Shown: positions 28,813 to 40,520 of the stretch, one piece after another
Position numbering within the stretch: the stretch's first letter is position 1
Layout: every line of letters begins with the position of its first letter
From: the human T2T-CHM13v2.0 reference genome, Homo sapiens
NCBI RefSeq assembly: GCF_009914755.1
Contig: NC_060938.1
DNA: 64,000 nt
Direction: 5' to 3' (one strand)
The notes under the pieces: generated by a model
What the model was told of the DNA's origin: nothing
What the model saw: the letters and a program-made list of their open reading frames with translations, nothing else
Database searches by the model: none
Program-made: the position numbers and the translations under genes

Positions 28813-31800
28813 ACTTTTGCATCCTGAAGCCCTTTGCTAGTGAACGACCCCTCTCCTTGTTGCCTCCAACCCAGGCCCCCTGCTCACTCCCTGGCCTGTC
28901 ACTCTGCCTGTGACTCCTCCTCCCACTTGCCCTGGGGACATCCCGCTAAGGCCCCAGTGACTAATCTCAATCTTTATCTTAACTGATGTCCCTGTGGGCA
29001 TTTTGGACCCATGGCCACTCCCTCACTCTTTCTTTCTTGGAGCCTGGGATTCCTCTCTGTTTCTATAAAGACAAGAGTTTTCAGAGTGTTTATGGGCATT
29101 GAGGAAGGAGCCAGTGCAGTGACGGGCTGGAAATGCAGGACCAAGAGAGGACAATGGGGCAGTTGACCGAGAGGAGATCCCCCAACCTCTGCACCCACCT
29201 GTCTCTGGGCAGCTTCTTCTGTCTCCCTTGTGCATTCTTCTTCTGTTTGCTTTGTGCATTCTTCTTTCCCAGTCCCATTGCCGTTGCATTGCAGGGTTTC
29301 ATTCCCTCAGTCTCTCGACTCACCATCTTCCTGGTCACCCTTCCATCACCACCATCGTGGTCTCACCCTAAATCATGGTCTTCTGACTGCAGACTGTCCC
29401 CCAGTCTTTCTCCCACCTGGTCCAGGGCTACCCCACCCACTAAGGCCATTACAGCAACAAGCCTATGTCTCTGCCCCATCCCAGCAGCCAGGTGTTGGGC
29501 ACAGGTAAGAAGTCAGAGTCAAGGAAGATTAAGTGGGGAAACTGAGGCCCAGAGATGGGAAAGGCTTTGCCCAAAATTACCCAGGACTTTACCCAAATCC
29601 TGACATGGGGCCTATAGTGGTTCTTCTGCCCACTTTTAGCTCTTGCAGATGTCACCCCCCACTGAGTGTGGATCTCTGTTGTCTAGTGGCTGAGGTGCTA
29701 CCCACCTTCATGGTGCAGTAAGGTTCCTCTCATCACAGGAGGCCGTGTGGCTGTGGCCACACCTGGCACTCAGCAGCCCTGGCTCCTGGCAGGCCTGCCT
29801 GAGGGAGGCCCTGGAGGAGAAAGGAGCCCCCACCCCAGACTGGCAGCCTCCTGGCTGAGCAGTTCACCAGCACAGCTAACTCTGGCTGCCCACCCAGTGT
29901 GAATGTCATTAAGCCAACCGTTGCCGAGGGGGGAGTTGGAACCTCTTCCACGGCCCGGCACTGCCTCAAACTGCCATACACACGAGAGCAGCGAGGGTCA
30001 GGAGCCTGAGGCCTGGGCTCAAATCCCAGCTCTGCCATGGAAAGGCTTCTCTAGCTTCAGTTTCCCCTACTGAGAAGGAGGCCACTGGATTCAGTGAAGC
30101 TCTGGGTTGCTCATGTGCTTTTCCTCGGGTCCCTTGCAGAACCACCCTCTGTCTTCCACCCCTGTCTGTGCATGGGGTGGCCTGCCTAGATGGTCTGTAT
30201 CAGCTGGCTACAGCCAGGTGGGGCCACAGGATCCCCAACAGATCAGGGGAGGGAGGAGAGCAAGGTCAGGTTCCCTGCACAGAGACTGGGGGCTCCCCAA
30301 CCAAAGGCCACACTCATCCACCCTCTCCACCTGACTCCCGCGGTTTCTGGTTCAGGTAATTCCACTCTTCTCTCTAGCTGCAGGCCTATGGGGTAACGGG
30401 GCCTGCTGTTACCCCTCCGGCTTCCTTACACCCTGCCCACATCTCTGTAAGTAGGCCCTTTATTCAACGTTCTTCAAATTAACCATCTTGTGTGCACCAT
30501 CTGTTTCCTGCGGGGACCCTGTCTGAATCACATAGGCCTCACCGTTCCTGGTCTCCTTGTTAACTCAAGCTGTCAAGGGGGGAGAGGAGAGGCTGGGTGC
30601 AGCTCCCCAGGAGCGGTCCATGACGAACTGTGGAAACCATTCCTGCCCAGGGCAGCGGCAAGGCCTCGGGCAAGCCTAACGGGCTGCAGCTACAAGCCCC
30701 AGATCCAGACAGCAGCTGGCCTGAGCACCCCTCTGCAGGTCTCCCAGCCCTTCCCCATCCTGCCAGTGTCACCAGCGTCCTTGTCAGGACCAGGAGCAGA
30801 TACTGAACACATACGAAGCAACTAGGACCGGGCAGGAGTGTCCCGTCCAGGCTCTCAGCTCCCCTGCATAGCTCCTCCAGGCCAGGTGGTCGTCCCACAG
30901 GGAAAGAAGCCGAGAGTTTGAACCATTTCCCCAAACCCACCTGCCACCCACCTACTCCCCCCCTTCACCCGCCCTTACTCCTTCTCTTGCTACCCTGCCT
31001 TGCACAGAAAAAAATACTGAATATACTGAAAATACTTCTCTAGTGAGTAGAACTCCCCCCACCCAAAGAAACCATGGTGAAGACGTGCTAGCTGGGTTTC
31101 CACCGTGGCATGTGTGGATCACTGGGGACCTTGTTGCTGGCCACAGACAGCTAAGGCTGTTGCCCAGCACTCATGGAGAGAGGGAAGAATTAGGTAAAAC
31201 ACAATCAGAGATAATTGGCTCATCCGAGAGAGGCAGGAAAAAGCCACTGAAAGGGAGCAGGGTCTAAAGGCTGAGGGCAAATCTTTGCAAGGAAGAGCGT
31301 CTCCCCAGGCTTTAAGGGACCATTTCCCATCTCCATGTCCCTATCCCGGCCAAATGCTTCCTTATCGATTCCTTGATAGGACGGTGCAATTCAATCCCAT
31401 GAATACTTAATGAGAACCTACTGTGCACCTAATTCTGAGCTTGGAGCCCAGGGAGAGCTGAAGTGAATTTGAGGAGGCACCCTTCCCTGCTCTTCCTTCC
31501 TCTCCCCTCCCCTTCCTTCCTTCTTTCCTGCCCCCTTTCTCTCTCTTTTCCTTCTGCGAAGGGTTTAAGTAGCAGGTTGCTCGGGATAGTGGTGCGTCTA
31601 GAAAACCTCCCTCTGACCCCTGGCCTGTAGCCGAGAGGATGGGGGAGACAGGCAGGCCCAGGGTTGATACAGCCATTAGGGAGAGAGGCTTGGACCAGGG
31701 TGGCGGTGAAAAGAATGGGGCTATGGAGATGGACTGGAGAGCGACTGGGGAGTGACAGTGCCTGGAGCTTGGGGCCCATTTGCACAGAGAAAGGGCAAAG

Positions 31801-34800
31801 CTACAGGAGCCAGGAGTCTAAGCCCTCACTCGCTGGGCCAACTGCAGGGTGGCGGAGGCCCTGGAGGAGGTTTGAGGGGGACAAATGGGAGATGCTCGTT
31901 TCAGAGAGACCTCCAGAGGGGACACCTGGGAGGCTGTGGGGCTCTAACCCCGGCCCCAGCTCTGGAGCGATGAAGGTAGAGAGAGCTGGACCTTAGTGTG
32001 CACATCTGCAGGCAGACTGGCAGACCAGCATCCGGTGCAGGGAGAAGGAAGGAAGGAGAAAATGAAGGTGGGGAGAGGACGTGACCAGCCCAGGAGACAG
32101 TCCTGCTGTTTCCCCAAATTCTCTGAAGCAGTGAAGTGACAGCCCCTGCTGGGCTCCAACTGGACCTCTATTCTTGTGACGCGGTTTCTTCTGTTTTCAG
32201 TCTGTGGGCTTTTTGGCCAGACCTTGGAGAGACCCATTTAAATGAAGGAATCTGAGGGTTCCTCAAAGGACATTTTATGGTCAACTTTTATAGTCCTCCC
32301 GCCTGGGCACCACTCCCCAACATTCTAGTCTTGCTCTGCCAATTCCTTGCTCTGTGACCCATGGAGAATTGCTCAGCCTCTCTGCGCTCCAGCATCCAGC
32401 TCTCTGGCTGAGAGGAGAGCCCCCACTGCTAGAGGGGGAGGAGAAACACACACACCTGGGCAGGGATCAAACTAAGGCTCATTACAAACAGAGCAAACTT
32501 GAATTTGGGTACTAAGCAACCCCGGGTGGGGTGAGGAGGTGAGGGGGTGAGGGGAATGGGGTTCCACTCACACTGGGCATCCCCTGCGCTCCGTCCCTAG
32601 CTGGATCCTGGCTGCAGACAGCCAGCTTGGGCCTCTGGAGGTGCAGTGTTGCCATAGGAACAGGCTCATGGAGAGCGTCTCAGAGGAACCAGGTGCTTGC
32701 GGGTGGTGGGCAGGGGCAGGTGGCAGCAGGGGGTGCTGGAGATGGTCTCGACACAGCTACTCCCCACATTCCTAGTGAAGGAACTGAGGGCTCTGGTGGG
32801 GAAAGAACCAGGTGGAGGCATCGCTGCAACCCTGAGGGCTCTCCTGTTTGCAAGTCCAAGGGGGTCAGTAACCCCCTGGAACCCAGAGATCAGAGGTGGC
32901 AAGAGGACGACGGGTGGTTGGGGAGGGCCACCAGGCCGTGGACAGTTGCTAGGACACAGGATCTTTCCGAGGGGCCCATGGTAACCTTCAGAGAACACTT
33001 TGTGCCTCATTCATTTATTCATTAATTCACTTAATCCATAAACACCTCGAGGGCAGCGCCGCAGGCCTCTGGCTGCGGGGTGCCTGGCTGAGCAAGAAGC
33101 ATCTGGCCTTGCTGGGGTCAGACACACGTGCAAAATCCATTAACACCAGGCAGGAAGACGTGTTCAGGGCTGAGATGATGCCCAGGGTGGCTGGGAGGGC
33201 CAGGACCCTCGGTGGGCGGGTGAGTGGGTGGGAGCCAGGGGACTTGGCAGGCATGGGATTGGGGGAAAGGCCTTGGAGGAGGAGGTGAGACAGGAACAAA
33301 CCTCTGTCCCTCTCACCTCCCACCTGTGCCTGCCCCCTCCTTGGGGACTGGGCAATGTCTTCCTTCGCAGGAAATCCCTAGCGCCTGGAACACAGTAGGA
33401 TACCAAAATCTTTTTTTTAAAAAATATAATTGAATGAAAATGCTAATGCTTCCTTACAAATAAGAGAATAAATATAGTACGGGAACATCTTAAATTCCTT
33501 GAGAGCTGTGTGTTTTCACGTCCCTAAACTTGACAGAGCTGCCTGCGAACAGGTGTGGAGGGCTGTGCCGCGCCGCTCATCCTCCCTTTCACAGGCTCAG
33601 CGCGCAGTGAGGTTATGATTCCGCCACAGTGACCCCACAGACTCTTAAGCAGGGGCTGGGATGAGGGCTCTCCCCAGGGGATCCAGGCTTGAGAAAAGGA
33701 TTTCTTCTGTGGCTAAAGGAAGTATCCTCTTTATACGTCATCACAGGGTGTGTTGCCTGTGCCTCTGAAGGTCTCCACGAGCTGGGCCCTACTGGGGAGG
33801 TAGGTGGTGGGGGCTGGTGCCTCACTGGATGGGAAGGGTCGGGTGGCCCAGCCTGATTCCCAAGACTTAGCATCAAGTCTGGGCATGACATGTGCGAAGG
33901 TTGACTCTGGTATGACAAAAGAGGGCTTCTTGTTCCGTGGACTGTTTGCCAGGGCAAAGGAGGCTGCAGAATGTTGGAGAATAGTTAAGAGATTTATGTC
34001 CGAAATGTTGAAAGTTTTGCAACATTCTGCCTCATTCTTCACCATGCTAACTTTGCCCTCACTAACAGAACAGCCAACGCTTCCTCGCCATCTCATGTGC
34101 ATGCATACACACACTCATGTCTCGTTCACACATCTGTGCCTGTACAGCTCTCTCTGCCTGGAAGGGCCTCCCCATACCCTCCTGGAGAACTTCTGTGTAC
34201 TCTGCACACACAGCTGAGGACTAACCCTCTGAGAGATGCATGATCGCCCTTCCCATGTGTGGCCAGTCCCAGTATCCACAACCCTGCATCTCAGAGGGTG
34301 TCTAAGCACTGGGTCCGCACTTGAACTCTCTGAGATGAGAAACCACCTTCAAATCCATCATTGCACCCTCCTTCCAGGGACCCCGCCGAGCCTCGGCACC
34401 CAGTAGGAGCTCAGTCAATACCAGGCAGATGAAAGGCTACATTTAAAGAGGTGAGCCTCTGTTTTATGGAAAATTAACTTCTGGGAATTTTTGATGAATG
34501 AATTCCTGCATTTTTGGCCAAAGCCTGCGTGGACAAGCTGAGTGATGAAAAGGCCCCTTTTTCCTCCGGCCCCTGATTTCCTCCCTCCTGAGTGGGAGTG
34601 AGTCTATCTACAAGCTCTGGGGTGGGGTGGGGAGTTGTTATTAACCCCTCCAAGCCCCTGGGAGCACCCCACGCACAGCATGACTCAGTGGTGCTCTGTA
34701 AGAGGATCATGTGATTGATGATGTGGACAATTACATTGTGGACTTACATCCCTGTTGATTCCAATGGCAAGGAAGGAAACGAGAAGTCTGTTTTTAAATC

Positions 34801-37800
34801 CTATCAGCAATGACGAGAAACTGGTTCTGTCTGGGGGAGAGGTGAGACCCCACAGAAGCCAACTCTAAATATAGACCCAAACCAATGAGTCCCCTCTGCA
34901 CCCCAGCTCTCTGGTATTTTTCCTTCCCAGAAGCTTGCTGTGGGGCCTGGGGGAGTGATACGCAGGCCTGTTTTGGGGACTCGGGGATACGGGCTGGCTC
35001 TGCGCCCCCACCCACAGCACCCTGCCGCCCTGGAGAACCCTGGAGTGGGCCTGGAACTGTCATACGCCTCTTCAGGCGCCAAGCACAAGGCCAGGCTCAG
35101 CATGTGTCCCTCTGCAGCCGTACTCCCAGCTCGGCTGAGCACGATGCCACTTCACACTGAAGACCTTTTCTCTGATTAAACTTGAAACCAAACCTTCATG
35201 TTCTGGAAAATGTATCAGGTTATGTCTTTCATTTCCCTCCACCCTCTGCCCCCAGGTCCCCTCTCCTCGGTAGAAGAAAAGAGAATTTGTCTCCAAAGAT
35301 GAGCTTCAGGTTTGGAAAAATACTCCGAGAGGTGGCAGCTGCGTGTCTCCTTGGTGTTTGCATGAAACCCTCACAGCCTCCCAGGTTGTGAAGCTTCCCC
35401 CTCCCACCCAAGGAGGGGAGGGCAGGCTTCTGGGGGAGCCCACTTTCCTCCAGGCTCCATGCACTCTAACCACCCCGCTGGGCTGGGCAGAGAGCCTTGC
35501 ACTGGGATTTTGAGTAGACCCGGGTTCAAATTCCAGCTCTGCCACTGGTTAGCCATGCACCTCTCTTGGGGTCCCCCAGCCTCAGTGTGCTCAGCCACTG
35601 CCCAGTGGACTCTGGGCAGTCCCCACCTAGCCCAGGCCGTGAGGAGGCTCTGATGAGACAGGGTTAAATTAGAGTCTAAATCCGAGGGAGAAGTGAGGGA
35701 GATGCAGAAAGGGCAATGCCTGCTTGCCTGTAAGCCCTCAACACAGGGATGGTGGCTTCTTGGCGGGGGAGCCTCCTGCCCAGCTGTCTCCTGGATGTTC
35801 CGGTTCTAGGACTCTAACTAGGCCACCTGAGTCTCTGGGCACTGGTCCTCGCCTTGGTCAGTCCCTTGGGGAGGAAGAGCAGGCAGATCTGGGGGAGCCC
35901 ACCCTCCTTCTCTCTTGGAGGGAGGATGGAGAACGTTGGGTGTGGGGACAGGGGACAAAGGCATCTCTTGTCTGTAGGATGCCCACTAGGACTGGATCAG
36001 TGGGGGCTCAGATCCCCCCACCCCGGCAAAAATAAAAAACAAAAAAAACCAAAAAAAAAACCTAGTCTAGGCAGAAGCAAAGCCTCAAGGCATGGAGATC
36101 CCCACCGAGGCTGTGGGGGTGGTGAGCAGAGCAGAATGTGAAGGTGGGGTGAAGCCCCCTCGCCGGCCACCCCTGCTCTTGCCCTCCCATCCCCGCTGGT
36201 GCCCGGGACTAGTGAGTCTCAGAGGCCCCTCTAGCTCCACCCAGCTGAGCTGCCCTGATCAGTGTTTCTGCCTTTAATCAGGGGCGAAGTGGTCTGGGGC
36301 TGGCTGGAGGAAGAGTTAGTGTTTAGAAAAGGAGGAGGGGGAGCAGACAGGAGGGGAGAGCAGAGGAGCGGGGAGGAAAAAGGGCTGGAGACAACACTTC
36401 TTTCCTTCCCTCGGAAAACTTTTGCTCATCACCAGCTCCTCTGCTGCCCCGGCAAAGCCCAGCAACACTGCCTCCGGACAGGTTCCCCTTGCTTTCGGCT
36501 CTTGCCTGCGGGGTGCGGGGCCATAGGCAGAGCCTTCGGCTTGGCTACAGGGAGGGAGTCCAGCTCATGCATCTCGATCTGGCCCCAGAGTTGGCAGGTC
36601 CAGTCCCTGCAACCTGTGTAGATCGCCTGCCACGCCATGCTATGAGGACCTGCGGGCTGCTGGCCTCATCTCTGTAATCCCGGGGGCCTGTACACGGAGC
36701 ATGGCTCTCGAGAGAAGGGGAGGGGGGAGGAGGGGAGGGATGCGCAGATAGAGGAGGGGGCGTCCAGCTCCTCCAGCCTGCCGTTCCACAGCCCCCAGGA
36801 TCTGCTTGCAAATGGCAGACTGTACCGCTTCTCCCCAAGGGACTACATTGGCATTTTCGCGCCTTCTGTGCAGACTTAAAGTCTGTGACAGTCACCAACC
36901 TCCCCTCCCTACCGCTCCTAAGCTACCCTTTCTCAGTGTCTGCTTGCTGAAAAGAAAGCTCCGGCCTCCTGAATTTACAAACGCTTTATTAAGATTAGAG
37001 CAAGCCAACAGAAATCTTCCTGGCTTGTAGGTCCTGTGAGACAAGAAAGTCCCCTCCCATCCCTCAAGTGTCCCTGCATGGGGCTCTTGAAGAGGGCCCG
37101 GGTCCAGTGGAGCCTGGGTGCCCGCCTTGGAGATCCTCTAGCTGGCGGGGGCAAGGGCTCTGGGGTGCAGCTGTTGGAGGAATGGCTGGAAGGGGTTGTG
37201 ACCAGGCCCTGTCAGCACAGTGCTTTTCTGCTTACAAAAACCGGAGTTCCTTTCAGAGACAGGTGGGACATTCCTGTTTATGGGCTAAGAAACAGGGCTC
37301 ACAGATGGAAGAGACTGGGCCCTTGGTGGGCACGAAATGGAGATAGGATTAGAGAGCAGGTGCCCCCCAAGCCAAGGCAGTGCCCTTTCAGCGTAAGCCT
37401 GTGACATTTTGACAGACTCCCTTGGGCGAGAATACCCTCCTCTGGCCTCCCTCCCTTTCCTAAACTGGGGAGGGCTGTGGTGGGGCTGGGGGCGGGGGTG
37501 GGAAGGGGGAAGAACCTGGATGGGGAAGGGAGGAGTCTAGGTATGTGTGTGGGTGGGGACACTGGGGCCCCCTAAGTGCTCCATGCAGTCCAGGGAGTCT
37601 CCTCTCTGCGGGACTTTGGCAAGAGCCTGGGAGGCCCTTGCCCCAGGGCTACCCAGCCCTGAGATCCTCCACCCCTCCTTGGCTTCTGGCTGAGAACTCA
37701 GCTCTTCCAGGTCTGCCTGCTGTTGGGATAATTTTGGAGGCTGAAGTCAGGGGCCTCGAAGGGAGGGAAGAGAGGAACCCTGGTCAGGAAGACCTTGGCG

Positions 37801-38411
37801 ATCACCATGCAGTGGACATTGGCACCCAGGGTTGGGCCTGTCAGCCAGACACTCTCGTTCTAGGCCAAGGGCCTTGGGCAAAGGACCTTCCATCACTGAA
37901 GTTGGTTTCTTGACTTGAGGAAAGAGTCCACGGAAGAAAGTAGGGTCACAGGAATGCAAGGGCATGTGGCAGGCACACAGTGGGCACCCCAACTGCTCCC
38001 TACAGCCTGTCCCCAAAGCCGTTCCCAGCAGCCCCTACCTATCTGGGCATTCTGCAGATAACATCAGGGAAGGGATATCTTCCACCAGGGGCTGGGAGTT
38101 TCCCTCCAGCCTCCTTGGAGCCAGCCCAGAGCAGCTCTGGTCTCTGTCCATCCCTGTACCCATCCCGAGTGCCTTACTGGAGCACTGACTTAGGGGTGGT
38201 GGGCCTGGGGATGCCCATGGGCCTGCCTTCCCACATCTATGGCTAAGATGGGAAATCTGTGCTCAGACCTGCCAGGGCTGGACTAGAGGGCCAGGAGGTC
38301 AAAGCATCCAGCCTCCAGGTTCACAGTGGTGAGATCACACCCCCCTGCAGCACTGTGAAGAAGGGGAGGCCGCGAGCTGGGTGGGCACCCACTCCCTGCA
38401 TCTAGGATATG

Positions 38412-38437
38412 TATGCAAATTAATATATGCAAATTAA
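38412..38437 (+). promoter_or_regulatory. Tandem POU octamer sites (TATGCAAATTAA x2)
   Basis: ATGCAAAT at 38413-38420 and 38427-38434. Confidence 0.55.
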
Positions 38438-39029
38438 GTATCCTAAACGACCCACCCAAAGATTGGGACGCCTGGGACCCTTCCCCCAGGAGGTGAAATA
38501 TCTTTAATCCCCTCCTACCCCTCTCCCTCCCTATCTTTCTGAGCCTCCCCCATCCAGACTGGGTGCAGGGGTGCAGAGCTTTCCTCTCCAGCAGGGCTCT
38601 AAGCCTAAGCCGGGGGCAATGGGGAGGAGGGGTGCCTGAGGAGCACTCCCTCTCCCTGGGAGCTCTGCAGAGGAAGAGGGTCTCTGGCAATCAGCATCCT
38701 CTACCTCCACCTCTCCAGCGGGCGACCCCTCAGAGAAGGTCTCCCAGTGAGTCTGGAATACGTGCCGAGTGCCTGGAGTGCTATTGTGTGTATGTGAGAG
38801 CACATTGGTGAGGCTGCCCATGCATGCCACTGTGGACAAAGACAGATGCGATCGTGTGTGTGTGGGGACTGCGTATATGTTTTTGTCAGTGTGTGTGACC
38901 ACGAGTCAGCTGGGTATGTGTGCTTGTGGGTATCAGGTGCATGGCTGTGCGTACATGTGTGCGTAAGAGTCGGTGCATTTGTGTTTCAGCGCGGCTAAGG
39001 CCCTGACTGAGATGCTGTGTGTGCGGGGG

Positions 39030-40520
39030 TGGGTGTGACTGAATGCGGGCACGGGTGTCCGTCTGTTTATACGTGTGTTTGCGTGTTTGGGTGTGCAGGT
39101 GGCTCTGCGTAAGCGTCTGTGTGCAGGGGGTCGGCACATGGGGGAGGATGCCCATGGTTGGGTAACCGCAGGTCCGCTTGACCCTCTGCCACCTAGGACT
39201 GTGTCTATACGGCGTCTGGGCTACAGTGTGTTTGAGTTGCCGTGTGCGTTTCCGTTGCGGGGTGTGGGTTGCCACGGGGCAACTGCATTTTTCTGCGTCT
39301 TCATGGCCAGGGGTACAGGGGGCGTCGGGCTTTTCCTGGGGGTTTTTCTGTGTGCGTGTGTAATTATGTGCTTAGTTCACATCTTCATAGTGCGCCTTTG
39401 TGTTTTCCTGGGTATCTAACCATTGCACGTGTGCCCGGGACTTCAGCGATAAGTGTTTCGGTGTTCCTGCGTGCGGATTTGTGCTCTCCGGGGAGGTCTG
39501 CGGCCCAGGTTCGATTCCTGCGACTTGTCCTAGGCAGGCCTGTATGTGCGCGGCGGCCGCGTGCTGTACAGTGTGAGGGAACGTGTACCAAACGCTCGCG
39601 GGATACCTGTGCCCGTCTAGCCAAGAGTGCACCCGTGTGCGCGAGCGGGCTTCTGGGACGCCGCCGTGGTCGGGGGCGGCCCTGCGAGGGGAGGGGGTCA
39701 CAGGGACTGGCCGGCGCCGGCCCCGTGCGCACGGAGGCGGGGGCGGGGGGCGGGGGCCGCGAGGGGGGAGGCGGTACGAAAAGGGCGGCGCGCGCGGCGG
39801 CGGCGGCAGCTCCCCGGCAGCGGCGGTGGAGAGCGCAGCGCGCAGCCCGGTGCAGCCCTGGCTTTCCCCTCGCTGCGCGCCCGCGCCCCCTTTCGCGTCC
39901 GCAACCAGAAGCCCAGTGCGGCGCCAGGAGCCGGACCCGCGCCCGCACCGCTCCCGGGACCGCGACCCCGGCCGCCCAGAGATGACCGCGACCGAAGCCC
40001 TCCTGCGCGTCCTCTTGCTCCTGCTGGCTTTCGGCCACAGCACCTATGGTGAGTTCCCCGGCGGCCCGGCTCGCGCCCCCTCTGGGGAAGCCTGCGACTC
40101 CCCGCCGGCCGCCCGGTGCCCCGCACGCCCCGTCTCGTGAGCCCCAACTCCGCCCGTCCCGCCTAGCCCTAAGCCCCGCGCTGTGCCTGTCTCGCCCTAC
40201 CCACCACGCTCGCATGCCAAGGCCCGTCCCAGGGGTCCCAGGGCGCAGGGGATGTGTGAGACCCCCAGCCCCTTCCCGCCCTGCAGAAGTGGCGCCAGAG
40301 GGGTGTCGGTGCGCTGAGCAAGGAGGTATGGAAAAATGGGGTGCTGTTGTGGAGTCTTCTATGAAAATACTCTGGGGTGCAACTTTGGGGTGTCCCTGTG
40401 TGAGCGTTCTGGAACAGGTCTCGGGGCGGGAGTGGGGGACGACTTTGCCGTCTTAGCCCCCAATTCCCAGAGAAGCCCAGCCTGAGCCCTTCCTGCGTGG
40501 CGCGTTTCTGTAGGTGAGGG
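39030..40520 (+). promoter_or_regulatory. DLK1: DLK1 CpG-island promoter, 5'UTR and start of intron 1; TSS inferred ~39805
   Basis: Very high GC/CpG density; tandem GC boxes GGGGCGGGG at ~39737-39756; TATA-position element TACGAAAAG 39775-39783. Confidence 0.88.
39982..40048 (+). CDS. DLK1: DLK1 coding exon 1 (signal peptide)
   Basis: gagATGACCGCG...CACCTATG|gtgagt; hydrophobic LLRVLLLLLAF. Confidence 0.98.

Noticed and set aside
39242-40215. Several overlapping 140-280 aa ORFs on both strands at the promoter
   Set aside because: Stop-codon scarcity in a CpG island; only the frame containing MTATEALL is supported by splicing.
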